From Utricularia gibba (lineage: Eukaryota > Plantae > Magnoliophyta), in the NCBI GenBank assembly GCA_002189035.1, contig NEEC01000014.1:2170001-2234000 (forward strand): a DNA stretch of 64,000 nucleotides, in the 5' to 3' direction. The notes below the pieces were generated by a model, which saw only the letters and a program-made list of their open reading frames with translations, made no database searches and was not told the DNA's origin. Every line of letters starts with the position of its first letter. Position 1 is the stretch's first letter. The position numbers and the translations under genes are program-made. Positions 14,098 through 26,200 of this stretch are shown here, in pieces.

Positions 14098-14444
14098 GAA
14101 TGATTTCAGGTTGTTTTGTATTCTTTTTGACTTGAGATTCGTAAATTGTATCTGTCGCTTCACGGTCCGCCTGCCTGGGGCTGGCTCTGTCTCTTTGTAA
14201 GGCTCGTTAATTCAATTAATTTATTTCCCTCATGTGTATATTTCATTGCACGAATATGTTGAAAAATGAGGGTGCCATCATCATCAGAGTATGTTGCATT
14301 ACAGCTCCATACTTCAAGGAGGCTAATAGAGCAGTTTTTCATGCTCCGGCAGCCGTACATCAAAATGGGGGCGTTCGTCTTGTCTCGACTCTGGTATGCT
14401 GTTTATATTTATCTTCTTTTTTAACTACGGAGTTGACTCTCTGT

Positions 14445-15000
14445 ACACATCCGATCCTATCTTGTCTCCTTGTCTTCTACGCAGGAACTAGCGACAAATA
14501 GACGTCGCTGTCGTCAGATTGCGTAGCGTCTTCCTCCAGTTCATAATCGCCCCTCTTGTGTACTAATCGCCCCTCTTGTGCAACCAGCACAGACCAACGC
14601 TCAAGATTTCGTGATCGAAGAAGCCACAATTGCAGCCGTGCACACAACCGATCCTATCCCGTCCCGTCTCCTTATCTTCTACGCAGGAACCAGCGAATGG
14701 ACATCGCAGTCGTCACATTGTGTAGCGTCTTCCTCCAGTTCATAATCGCCCCTCTTGTGTACCCAGCACAGACCAATGCTCAAGATTTCGTAATCGAAGA
14801 AGTCACCATTGCAGCCGTACGCACACATCCGATCCTATCCCGTCTCCTTATCTTCTAAGCAGAAACCAGCGAAAAAATGGACATCGCAGTCGCCGCATTA
14901 TGTATCGTCTTCCTCCAGTTCATAATCGCCCCTCTTCTGAACCCAGCACAGACCAATGCTCAAGATTTCTTGATCGAAGAAGCCACCATTGCAGCCGTAC
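14445..15000 (+). repeat. Three tandem units of about 180-197 bp spanning the amidase leader, ATG and signal-peptide codons
   Basis: Units start ACACA(T/A)CCGATCCTATC at about 14445, 14642, 14823 and end GCAGCCGT; unit 1 has ATA in place of ATG and an internal duplication of TAATCGCCCCTCTTGTG; unit 2 has an ATG at 14697. Confidence 0.93.
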
Positions 15001-16819
15001 AACGCGCGTTCACACAGAACGAGCTCACTTCTCGGCAACTCGTCGAGTACTATCTGGACCGCATCGAAACCCTGAATCCGAGACTACGCGCCGTCATCGA
15101 AGTGAACCCCGACGCCATAGATCAAGCGGACAATGCCGACGACGAACGACGGAGACTCAAAGAAGGTAAGGCTCTCCGCAATTCATCATTCCTCCACGGT
15201 ATTCCTGTGCTTCTCAAGGACTCCATTGCCACGAAAGACAAGCTCAATACGTCCGCTGGGTCCTACGCGCTTGTTGGGGCTGTGGCTCCGCGCGATGCCC
15301 ATGTCGTGGCGCGGCTGAGGCGCGCCGGCGCCGTCATTCTGGGGAAGGCCAGTATGAGCGAATGGTACGGTATACGGTCTTTGGCTGCAGGACCTCCTAG
15401 CTGGTGCGCTAGAAGCGGCCGAGGCATTGTTAGTCATCCTCTTTTCACTCTTACAGATAGACTGTAGCTTAGTTGCGATCCTTGATGAGCTAACTACTAC
15501 TGCATGCCTTATTCCTGACTTTCCTTTTTGGTGAAGAACCCTTACGTAAAAGGAGGCAGTCCGTGTGGTTCGAGCAGTGGATCCGCGATATCGGTAGCAG
15601 CAAACATGGCCATGGTGTCATTAGGATCCGAAACGCAGGGATCACTTGTGTGCCCTGCAAACCATAACTCAATCGTATCGATCAAACCCACAGTCGGGCT
15701 CGTCAGCAGAGCTGGTGTAATTCCGATTACACATCGTCAAGATACTCTAGGGTGGGCAGTGAATCTTGAATTGGATCTGCTTTTTCTGTTGTTTCCTTCG
15801 ATCCAGGTTGCAATGTTTTGCACAGGCCAATGGCAAGGACGGTGGCCGATGCCGTACACCTGTTGGATCACATTGTTGGCTACGATGAGATGGATCATGA
15901 AGCAACAAGTCAAGCAGCTGCATTCATCCCAGCAGATGGCTACACCAAGTTCCTTAATGAGAATGGACTCCAAGGGAAGAGACTGGGTGTTGTGAGAAAT
16001 CCATTTCTAGAGCTTCTTAATATTTCCACGAGTGCCACAGCGTTGGATGCCCATCTGCAAATAATGAGGTAAAGGAGTTGGAAATCTGCCAACCTCTCCA
16101 TTGAGATAATATAATATGCGTCAGATATCTAAAAGCTTGTGAACGGATCTGAAGGGAGAAGGAGGCGATCATCATCGATGATTTGGAGATACCAAACATT
16201 GATGTCGTTCTAGATCCCTTTCAAAGTGGTCAGGTGGAGGCTGTGTTGGCTGAGTTCAAGCTCAACTTGAACAACTACCTGAAAGAACTAACATCATCAC
16301 CTGTGAGGTCTTTATCCGACATCATAATCTTCAACCAAAACCATCCTGTGTTGGTAAGCTTTCAATTCTAGTTAAGCTTTCTTTCTGATTTCCATGATCA
16401 CTGGAACAATCCAAGGAAATGGGATTTTGCAGGAAATGACTCGAGAATATGGACAAGAGCTGTTCATTCGTTCAAATCTCACAAATGGGATCGATGATGC
16501 AGTGCAACAAGCCATTGAGAACCTTAACACACTTTCTGAGCAAGGTTTTGAGAAGTTAATGTCAGACTACGGCTTGGATGCAGTGGTGTCATTGGGTTAT
16601 AAAATTAGTTATGCGCTATCATGCAAAGGGTTTCCTGCAATCACCGTTCCCGCTGGCTACAGCTCGGATGGCATGCCATTTGGAATCTTCTTTGGTGGGC
16701 TGAAGGGGTCAGAACCTACACTTATTCAGATTGCATATGCCTTTGAGCAAGCCACGCAGATAAGAAAGCCTCCAACTCTCTTCCCCGGCAATGAGAGACC
16801 AAAGTCTGATATTTGGTAA
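14877..16819 (+). CDS. Amidase-signature family protein with N-terminal signal peptide, copy A (At4g34880-like), 5 exons
   Basis: Exons 14877-15428, 15537-15751, 15826-16068, 16155-16353, 16433-16819; catalytic Lys (PVLLKD), GSSSGS and GSETQGS motifs; C-terminal FPAITVPAGY and LIQIAYAFEQAT. Confidence 0.93.
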
Positions 16820-17029
16820 TGCTAGAGACTAGAGACAACGGCTTGATCAACTCTCTGTTATTCTGCTGTCTCCTCAAGTATGGTTGCTATAAAATCATAC
16901 CTGATCGTATCATTCAGTGAATCTTCAACATGCAAGCGGTGAATTTTACTGTTCAATTGATTGAAAAACTGAGCATCGGACATTTGTCACACAAACAAAG
17001 TATTCGTATACAACATTCAAAATAAAAAT

Positions 17030-17880
17030 CATAATCATCTTCTATCGTTTATTTGCCAATTATCTAATTTTTAGGTTTTTAGAATATTTTATTATACATA
17101 TAATTTAAAGATTGCTTTTTAATATAATAAAATATTTCTGTTCCAACATATTTTTATTAACAAAGAAAATTGATTTTCTTTTATTAATAATTTTCTACTT
17201 AATATATCTATTATATATAAAATTAAATATTTTTTTAAAAAATGCGAAAAAAAAATTGGTAAAATGTTTTTATTCGCAATACAACTTGAGTATTTTTGTA
17301 AAATGAATAAATAAAATCTAAAAAATTATATATAACATATTTAAAAATTAAATCATTTCACTTAATTCATAATTTTGTTACTTCATCACAAAAAGTTTAT
17401 TATTATTGATGATTAAAAATATATAAAATATGTTATTTTATACTCCATCACAATCGTTATTATCATTTATAATTTATAATTTTCATATAAGAAATTAAAT
17501 TTTAATTAACATAACCATGAGTGCTTATAAAGAAAAAAATTAAATTATTATAAAATTAAAATATGATAAATAAAATATATTATCAATTTTGATTTAATAT
17601 GTAATTTCAGTTATTTTTCATAATCAATATTAAATATGAGTAAGCTATTTTTTACTTCAATTATGATTAAAAAATAGATAATTTAATGTAACAATAATTT
17701 ATAATCATAAATAAATTAAATAATGAAAAGAAAATTTATTAGAATATGAAACATGATTAAAACATAAAGCATAAATGATGTAATACGAATAATAATATTC
17801 AAAAGATCAAAATTAATATTTAATTTTTTAAAAAATAACACCAATCAATACATATAACATTTAATAATGTATTTATAGAT
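17030..17880. other. Extremely AT-rich non-coding tract, probably degenerate TE-derived filler
   Basis: Almost only A/T by inspection, no credible ORF; lies at the junction of the two duplication copies. Confidence 0.55.
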
Positions 17881-18006
17881 TTGTCAATGTGAATCAATCT
17901 CATTAATTGGCTTTTGACTGAATTTGAATTCATTGACGTAACTTCCCACATCATCTGCATCTAGAACACCTTGAAAGAACAAATGGAAGACATTGTAGAA
18001 GTTAAG

Positions 18007-18619
18007 TGTTGGGGTCGAAAATCTGAATGATGATGAGGACCGATTTAATGTTATAGCTAAAACCAAACAGGTTAGATCCGATTTAGATATTATGGTTTTG
18101 GGAGGTGTGGTGCATTCATTGGAAGTGAAAATGGTGGAAACCATCCAAGGATAGAAAAACTACGAAGCTATCAGAGTTAATCGAAAAAAGTAGTTTCACT
18201 AGCCGAGAATAAAGAGGAATACAAACTTTTGAAATGTAAAGAGTTCAAAGAACTCTTTTTTTGTCTTCAAACTTTCTTATATTTATAGAAGAGATTGATC
18301 CGATCGAAATCTTAATTCCGTAGATGTTGGCAACTTTTTGGGCCGATTATCTTTACTGCGATCCTGCTGACAGATAACCATTGATTGCTCTGACATTCCT
18401 GTAATTCAACTATTTTTTAGATTGCCTAACAATGAGCACCTCTATCTAGTTCTGACACTTATCGATCAGTCGACCTACGACGAGTTGTTAGAAGGCTTTT
18501 GAAACCTTTTTAAACTGATTTCGCTCGAGAGGAGTCGATTCGGTCCTCCACAAACCATACATTTGCAAATAACTCCCGAGTGCACCTCCAAGCAGCGCAT
18601 GACGATTTAAGGCCCATCA
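18007..18619 (-). mobile_element. Probable solo LTR of about 613 bp, Ty3/gypsy Tat/Retand-like
   Basis: TG...CA termini with imperfect inverted ends (TGTTGG / CCATCA); minus-strand end ...TTTCGACCCCAACA resembles Tat-type LTR ends; CTATAAATA on the minus strand at 18280-18288. TSD only partial (TTAAG vs GCAAG). Confidence 0.5.
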
Positions 18620-20057
18620 GCAAGCAAATTGTCTTTACTTTCAGTTTAATTTCATGATATAGGAAATATTGCACTGTTAACCTAAAAATTTACATTAAAA
18701 AGATTTATAGAAAATAGTTAAGAATTAAAAAATTACATAAATAATTTAAAGTCACTAATTGGGTCTAAAATCAATTTATACATAGAGTCATCAACTAACC
18801 ATGTGTTGGTAGAGTTGTATTTGTTTTCAAATACTTGATTTTCCCAAATATACCATAAAGGTTTCAATTTCATAGTATCAAATGCGTTGTTGATTCGCCT
18901 CTTAGAAGTGATTATGCAATTGGTTTCATTCCATAAAAATACCAAATTGTTCTTCATATTATCTCCAAGAATATAATTACATAATACAATATTTTAAAAC
19001 GATTTACATTCCTCAATGACCATATTCTTAAATCAAAATTTTTCATACACTACTCCAAAAATGATTTACAATATGGTCTTAATATACTTAAAACAAAAAT
19101 GGTCAATCCTAAATGTAATTTTTTAAAAAACGAAACAAGTAAATATACTAACATCCTCGTCTGTTAATCATAATTGGAGGTGTAGTGTCTCGTCTATTTT
19201 TACAATATATGACATCGGCTAGTACTCCTATAATATTTAAAACGATTAACTTTCGGTACATCATAGAAAAATAGTTAGGTTGCACAATCAAACTTACACC
19301 TATTTCTTCATAGTTACAAAGAGTACTAGATAATATCTCTATCTCTCATTGTGACTCTAACAATCCCAATTGTAGTCTTTGTACTTATAAATAAAATGGT
19401 AAATATGAGAAAAAAATATATAACTTGTATAAATTATTTAGAAATAAGTAACATATTATCTCGGGTAAATCATCAATATTTGATGAAGATGAAGTATCAT
19501 AAGGTTCTGGAATGTCTCGTGGAACATTTTCAACATTCGGAATTTTCAGAAATGGTTGTCGTTGAGATGCACTTCTTTTAGTGGTATACCAAATACGTCT
19601 AATATTTCGAGTGTACATAAATGGTGATTTGATTTACAATTATTTCAATTGTCAACCATGAATCAAAATAATTAAAGAGAATCATCAACATCTTCATAAA
19701 AATAAATATAGTATACTTAATTAATATAAATCAATCAAAATATAAAAAATTGATCAAAAATTTAAAAAAATATTAAAATCGATTAAAATATAACATTATA
19801 ATAATTAAAACATACCTAAAATAATTTCGACTTAATCAAGGTCTACAATTATTCCTCTAGTAATTCGAATTTGTGTAGTTATTGATGATATCACCCATAT
19901 GAAACTCATACATCATGTACCAAAAGATACTTGTAATTTTTTCACGATAATAGCAAAATCTCGCTTGCATGTGATAAAAAATCAGTTTGAATTTGTAACT
20001 CACTTGCCAAGAATTAGATTGAAGAATGTATTTAATGAATATGGAAATACATCTGAT

Positions 20058-20327
20058 TCACAAATATAGACAACGGTCAATATGTTTGTAAATTGATGGT
20101 GGTATCACATATGATAATGAAAGTTTCAATTTTCGTAGCACTTTTATCACAAAAGGATGAATCAAAAATTGTAGACCACACCGAAAATGTTCGGTACTAA
20201 TAATAAATCCACTATTTCTGATTCTTTCGAGAGCTAAATCCGTGATTTCTTTTCTATCAATTTTATCTACTAATAGATAGTCTTCCAGAACACAAAAACA
20301 TATATGAATCTTCTCCACAATGTGCAT
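20058..20327 (-). mobile_element. Degenerate fragment resembling the accessory ORF of Tat-lineage gypsy elements (PF04195-like)
   Basis: Translation FRCGLQFLIHPFVIKVLRKLKLSLSYVIP resembles the F.CGL.LP.HPF...VL....L...QL.P pattern; similarity judged from memory only. Confidence 0.4.
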
Positions 20328-20590
20328 CTAAAAAATAAATAGAAATTAATATATAAAACATTAGTAAATAACCTACAAAGGTGTAAAAAAATTAATATCT
20401 TCAATATTCTCAATAGCTCCCGTTCAATATCTTCAAAGCCAATCTCATACAGCCGAATAACCTACCATATTGCAAACTCTAACAAGTTAATCTATGCACA
20501 TTCTTGGTTCTTTCTATCCGTTTCTATGGTTTGCATCCTCATATAGCTGATTTATTTGAACAAGGTAGCCATTTCAACCTTGGAAAATAC

Positions 20591-22310
20591 TGTTGGAAGT
20601 ATGCTCAAAATCCATGTAATCTAGTATCTCATAATCATTGTTCTCACTTTTATGGCAATGTTCAAAATTACATGTTTGGAGAATGTATTTTTAAGTTGTT
20701 AAAAATATTCAACAGATTTTTCTATAACATGTATATTCAAATGGTTCACAGTTTGAATACTTTAATTGGGCATCATTGTTGATTTAACTGTCACCTCCAT
20801 TTATTTTACTATGTTAATAAAGTGTTTATCAAGATATAATAGGCAGTGGGTCGAATGTTGCTTGACATGAGATGTTAAAATAAACATGTGGGGGCTCATA
20901 AGATGAGCTGACCAAACATGTGACGGTGAATAACATATGCATGGTATTTCACATATGTCAACATAATGTTATTCAAATTGCTTTATGAAAATCCTTTGAC
21001 TTGAGGTTTCATTGTGTCTTATATATTATTGCTTTAGATTTGTTGCTATTTAGGTTTGTTGAAATATACAAGTCAACGATAGTGATGGTCTAAGTTGATT
21101 GTGTATGAAGATCTATGAATAACCAAGATAGAATTCATTACTCCAGGTAAACGGAGATGGGACTTCAGATTTCCTGATTGTTTCGTCGGGTGAATTCCTA
21201 GCCAGGTTATCAAGATATTGGAATGAGATTCCAGGTTCTCGTTTTGCCGTCGAAACATGTGTTCAGGATAATGTTGATGATCTAGATGAAATGGAATTTG
21301 ACTATCCATGATTCCATTCTAGATCGGAGTCTATAATGAAGTGATATTCATAAGGATAGCAATCAAGGTTTATCATTGAATATTGTATCCAGTTTTAATC
21401 GGGTAAATACAATATGCGATGCTAGGCATCTCTTATATTTTATGAGAGACATGATATATTGGGACAATATCGTTGTTAGAGAAATGAGATTTCTCGCCTC
21501 TCATTGTCGATTAAAAATGAATATAGTAAGTCACACACACGAAGAATTAAAAGTTGTTCGAGACACTTGTGATTCGAATTTTGGTAGACTCTAGCATATC
21601 TTAAACTTGGATCACAAACTGGTTAAATATTGGTTGTATAGCTCAAGTCCATATTGGTAACCAAGGCCCAAAATAATATGGGCCGATGATTTGAGCCATG
21701 AGGCCCGGGCCCATATTTCTAAGGCCCAAGCCCATATTTATTAGCCCCATATTGAAAAGTGTGCCACATTAAAATGAATGCCAATGTTTAGCTATAAATA
21801 GAAGTCAATTGCCCTACCTCCAAAAAGTTTTGGAGTTCTTCTTCTGGGAAGAGGCGTTCAAGCTCCAAAAGAGGAAAAGCGATCCACGAAGAAATGAGAT
21901 CGGTGAATTGCAATACGAAGAAGAGAACTCGACTCTGGTTTCGAGTTTGATAATTTTCTTCGCTTATTCCACATGTTTCTTCTATATTGATAATCAATGT
22001 TAATATGAGATATTAGCATTGATTTTACTGTGTTTTACCTAATATGTTGATTCAAGAGTTGAATCGAGTCTTAATGCTAACATGAGATATTGGCTATAGA
22101 CGGATGTTTATTCCATGAGATGTTTTAAATATATTTTAGGCAAAATGTATGTGATACATTTGTTGGTCTAATCTAGTCGAATTAATTGATAGTGCGTGTG
22201 AACAAGCTAAAGGCATCGTAGTTTCGATGCTATAAGCGATACGAGATATCGTTAGTTACGAAAAAGGAAAATTTTTGTTTTTCCCACCCTCCGTTGCGCG
22301 TAACCCGACA
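20591..22310 (+). mobile_element. Solo LTR, 1720 bp, Ty1/copia Angela (BARE-1-like) type
   Basis: Starts TGTTGGAAGTATGC (BARE-1/Angela LTRs start TGTTGGAATTATGCC), ends CCGACA; perfect 5-bp TSD AATAC (20586-20590, 22311-22315); GGCCCA cluster then CTATAAATAG at 21792; flanks rejoin to the NIPA intron 6 sequence. Confidence 0.88.
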
Positions 22311-22755
22311 AATACCATTTGTTTATACTCCGATTGGGCATTTACCAAAACCTGTTTATCTGCCAGGCTCTCGACTACCATCAATGCCGCCATAGTTTCT
22401 CCCATATACTACGTCATGTTCACAACTCTTACCATAACCGCAAGTGCCATTATGTTCAAGGTAAGCATATTTTTCCTGAAGACTCCCTCTACTCCTACCG
22501 GATCATCACCAGACTTCTCCTGTTTCTGTAGGATTGGTCTCATCAAGATGCAAGCAGCATAACCTCTGAAATTTGCGGATTCATAACCGTGGTTTCCAGG
22601 ACAGTCTTACTTCATACGACAAGAGACATGGAGTCTTCTGCTTCAATAGTTAGGAAGGAGCAAAGGGTCAAAAACATTGTTCCCGGTCCCCTTCTGACTA
22701 CTCATTATCTTTACAGGAAACATAACTTGGTACGACGGAGATTCGATAAAGGGCC

Positions 22756-23207
22756 TGTTGAGAGCTCGAACAATGTTGATGAATTGAGAAGGAGGACTTT
22801 GGAGAGTATTTTGGAAAGCTTGTGAACACGTTGTTGTGGGGGTTTTTTTGCATACATTCAGGAGTGCAGGAACATGTATTTGTAGAGAGTAAACTAGTCG
22901 TTGTCCTGTCGTTTAGTTGCTGCCAGACATCTTCTCCATATGGCTTCTTGGGCATGTCTTGTTTCACATGGGTCGTTGGACTGGTCTGCAACATAGATGG
23001 GTTTCGACACTGGCTTCTTAACACTTCTGGACTCTTGAGTCAGGAACCTGGGGTCTATCTTATCTTCGGCCTCGTCTCCTTCACTCAGCAGGCGCTCCTC
23101 TTCATGTTCTCCTTTCGCTCGCGACATCATCAATCCATCTCGTAATTCATCGGCTTGGCAATCTGTAATCTTCGACCGCTTCTTTTCTTCTCCATCATTC
23201 ACCAACA
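22756..23207 (-). repeat. 3' LTR of the copia element (452 bp)
   Basis: Matches 27871-28321 with 9 substitutions and 1 indel by manual comparison. Confidence 0.95.
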
Positions 23208-23216
23208 TTCCTCCTT
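23208..23216 (-). promoter_or_regulatory. Polypurine tract (AAGGAGGAA) abutting the 3' LTR
   Basis: Purine run on the element strand immediately before TGTTGG. Confidence 0.75.
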
Positions 23217-23259
23217 GATGGGGTAGTGAAGATACAGTCGACTCGATTTCAGGGTTCAT

Positions 23260-26200
23260 CCGAAGCCCCAATAGTTGACGAACTCTGTTGAAGTTTTTGG
23301 GAAAAAGGCTTTTGGTGAGTATATCTGCAGCTTGGCCCTGTGATGGTACGTATTCCAGCTTTATAGAGCCTTCCTGCACATAATCCCTAAGCACATGATA
23401 TTTAACCTTAATATGCTTGGTTCTCCCAAACATCACCGGGTTTTGAGCGATGCTAATTGCCGACTTATTGTCTATTTTCAGTCTGATTGGGCTGTTGATC
23501 TGGATTTTTAGGTCCTTGCAGAGCTTGATCAGCCATTGAGCATGGTTAGCGGCTGCGCACCCTGCTATGTATTTTGCCTCCGCTGATGACTGGGCTACAA
23601 CGTCTTGCCTTCTGTTGTTCCAAGAGAATGTCGCCGAACCCAGATTAAACAGGTAACCTGTGGTAGATTTGCAGTTCGTTTCATCGCCAGCGAAGTCAGA
23701 GTCAACGAATCCCTGCAGAGAGGGGTTAGTACGCTTTTTATAGTATAATCCCAAGTGAATTGTAGAATTTATGTATTTAAGTATCTTTTTGACTATTTCT
23801 AGGTGAGTTGATTGAGGTTTATGCATATATCTGGAGAGGAAAGAGACAGCATATGTGACGTCGGGTCTCGTGGCTGTGAGGTAAAGTAGAGAGCCGATAA
23901 GCTTCTGAAATTCATGCATATCTACTGGTTTTGCATCCTGGCTGTAGGCCCTCTGCCTCTCGTCTGGTGAGACGGGTACTGACACATGTTTTGTCTTCTC
24001 CATGTTCATTCTCTTCAACGGATCTTCCGTATATTTCTTTTAGTTTATAAAGATGTAGTCATCGCGTTGGAGGATTTCTATCCCTAGGAAGTACCGTGCG
24101 AGACCAAGGTCAGTTAATTCAAACCGATCCTGAAGTAATTTCTTCTGTTCGGTAATGAGGTCTTCATTATCTCCGGTGATGAGTATGTCATCAACATAGA
24201 TAGAGACGATCACCTTGCCTCTGGAATTGTCCAGAATGTATAGGGTGGTGTCATTTTTGCTCCGGTTGTATCCTTGCTCATGGAAAAACCTGTCTATAGT
24301 AGAATACCACTTCTTGGGTGCTTGTTTAAGCCCATAGAGTGTCTTATTTAGTTTTAGGACATAGTCAGGTTGATGCTCAATGAGAAACCCAGGTGGCGGC
24401 TTTACATATATTTCCTAGGAAGGCACCTTACATAGAGTGTCTTATTTAGGAAGACACTTTTGATGTCTAGGTGGTGTAATTTCCAACTGTTGCAGGCTGA
24501 TAGGGCTATGATGAGCTTTACAGTATCTAAACGGGCAATCGGCGAAAATGTCTCGAGGTAGTCTATTCCAGCCTTTTGCAAATATCCTTTTACTACCAAT
24601 CGAGCCTTAAGCTTGTTCACGCTCCCATCTGGATTCAACTTGGCTTTGAATATCCATTTCAGGACTAGAGGCTTGATCTTTGAGGGTCTCGGGACGGCTA
24701 TCCATACATCATGTTTTCGTATTGATTCGAGTTCAACATCCATAGCCTTTCGCCATTCAGGGAACTTGAGAGCTTCATAGACTCCAATAGGCTCGTGGAC
24801 CAGGAGACATCGATCATAGATGTCCTGAAGTGATCGGTACCCCTTTTGGGGCTTCATCTTCGCATTCACTGAGACAGGTGCTTAGATGGTGGGGAAGGTA
24901 TGGTAAGTCTTCACGACTTTTACCATAGTCTTCTAGATAATTTGACCTTTCACTGATAAGGAGGAGTATAGGACTCTGGATGGCATATGATGGGCACTGC
25001 ACCAGAGTAGTATCATCAGGGTACTGATCGGCGACTTCTGTAGTGGCACCTGAATCTGAGTAAGTCTCTTCGGGTGTTTGGTTGGGTGAGAGCTCTAGGT
25101 TGTCTTCTTCATCATTTAATACTGTTCTGAAATCATTGGAGTGTGCGCATATTTGGTTGGTATCTTCACAGTTGAGTTCATGAGTAGAGTCTTGAGACAA
25201 CGGGGTAGGTTCAGTTTCTGTCACATGTTGTTGCGTGCCTTGCAGGCGCAAACTCTGATTTTCTTGAGTGTGCATTCCTCCTGAAGTTGTCAATCCGTGT
25301 GTTTGCAGGGGGTTGGACTCAGGCATAGAGGAAATTGCCTCTGATGAATCAAATTGGTGGATTGTATCCTGGCTTTGGGTGATCTGCTCCGGGATGACAA
25401 AGTTGTAGTCTTCAAGATTAATCGATAGATTCATAGGAGGAAACAAGTGTTGAATTGTCCCGGAGTAGGTGGCTTGGTCCACAGGTGCTGTCAGGGTCTT
25501 ACTCCACTCATAGGTACTTTCCTCATTCACCATAACATCTCGACTAATTTCAACCTCTTGAGTCCGCAGGTTTAGTACTCGAAAGGCCTTGCTGGTGTCT
25601 GCACAACCTAGGAATATTCCAGGTTATGAACGCTTATCCCACTTTGTGCGTTTCTCCTTTGGTATGTAGATGCAACATGGAGAACCAAAGACTTTAATAT
25701 GGTCTAGGTTGGGAACCTTGTTGAACCAGAGTTCATAAGGGGATTTGCCGTCCTGAGTACCTTTCGTTGGCAGGCGGTTCAGTAAGTAAACCGCTGTGTT
25801 CACTGCCTCACCCCAAAACTCTCTAGGTAAATTATTTTGGTACAAGAGGAATCTGGCCATGTTAACAATTGTTTGATTTTTCCGCTCACATATTCCATTC
25901 TGCTCGGATGTATATGAAGCAGTGAACTGGTGAGTTATGCCACTACTCTCACACAAGTTCTTTAATTCGGTTGATTTATACTCACCACCATTGTCTGATC
26001 GGAGTGTTAAGATTTTGCATCCACTTTGCGTTTCAGCAAGTGCCTTGAAGATCTTAAAATAGTTCAACACCTCAGCCTTGCGTTTCAGAAGATATACCCA
26101 GGTATACTTAGTGTATTCGTCAATGAAAGTCACATAGTATTTGTTCCCTGCTCGAGTAGGTGTAGACATAGGGCCACAGACGTCGCTGGTGACCACCTCC

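Larger units (their letters stand above)
13490..16983 (+). repeat. Segmental duplication copy A (NIPA exon 6 to the amidase 3' flank)
   Basis: Aligns by eye with 20486-20590 + 22311-22755 + 28322-30886; homology ends at CATCGGACAT in both copies. Confidence 0.9.

Noticed and set aside
14445-15000. Regularly spaced repeats as a CRISPR-like array
   Set aside because: Units are whole 180-197 bp duplications of gene sequence with no unique spacers, in a plant genome.
19048-19186. CACTA...TAGTG pair suggesting a mini CACTA element
   Set aside because: Terminal repeats match poorly and there is no 3-bp TSD (ATA vs TCT).
22698-23145. ORFs inside the LTRs (also 27854-28259) and pol read-through into the 3' LTR
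   Set aside because: They repeat only because the LTRs are duplicated; no domain similarity, and the element is disabled.
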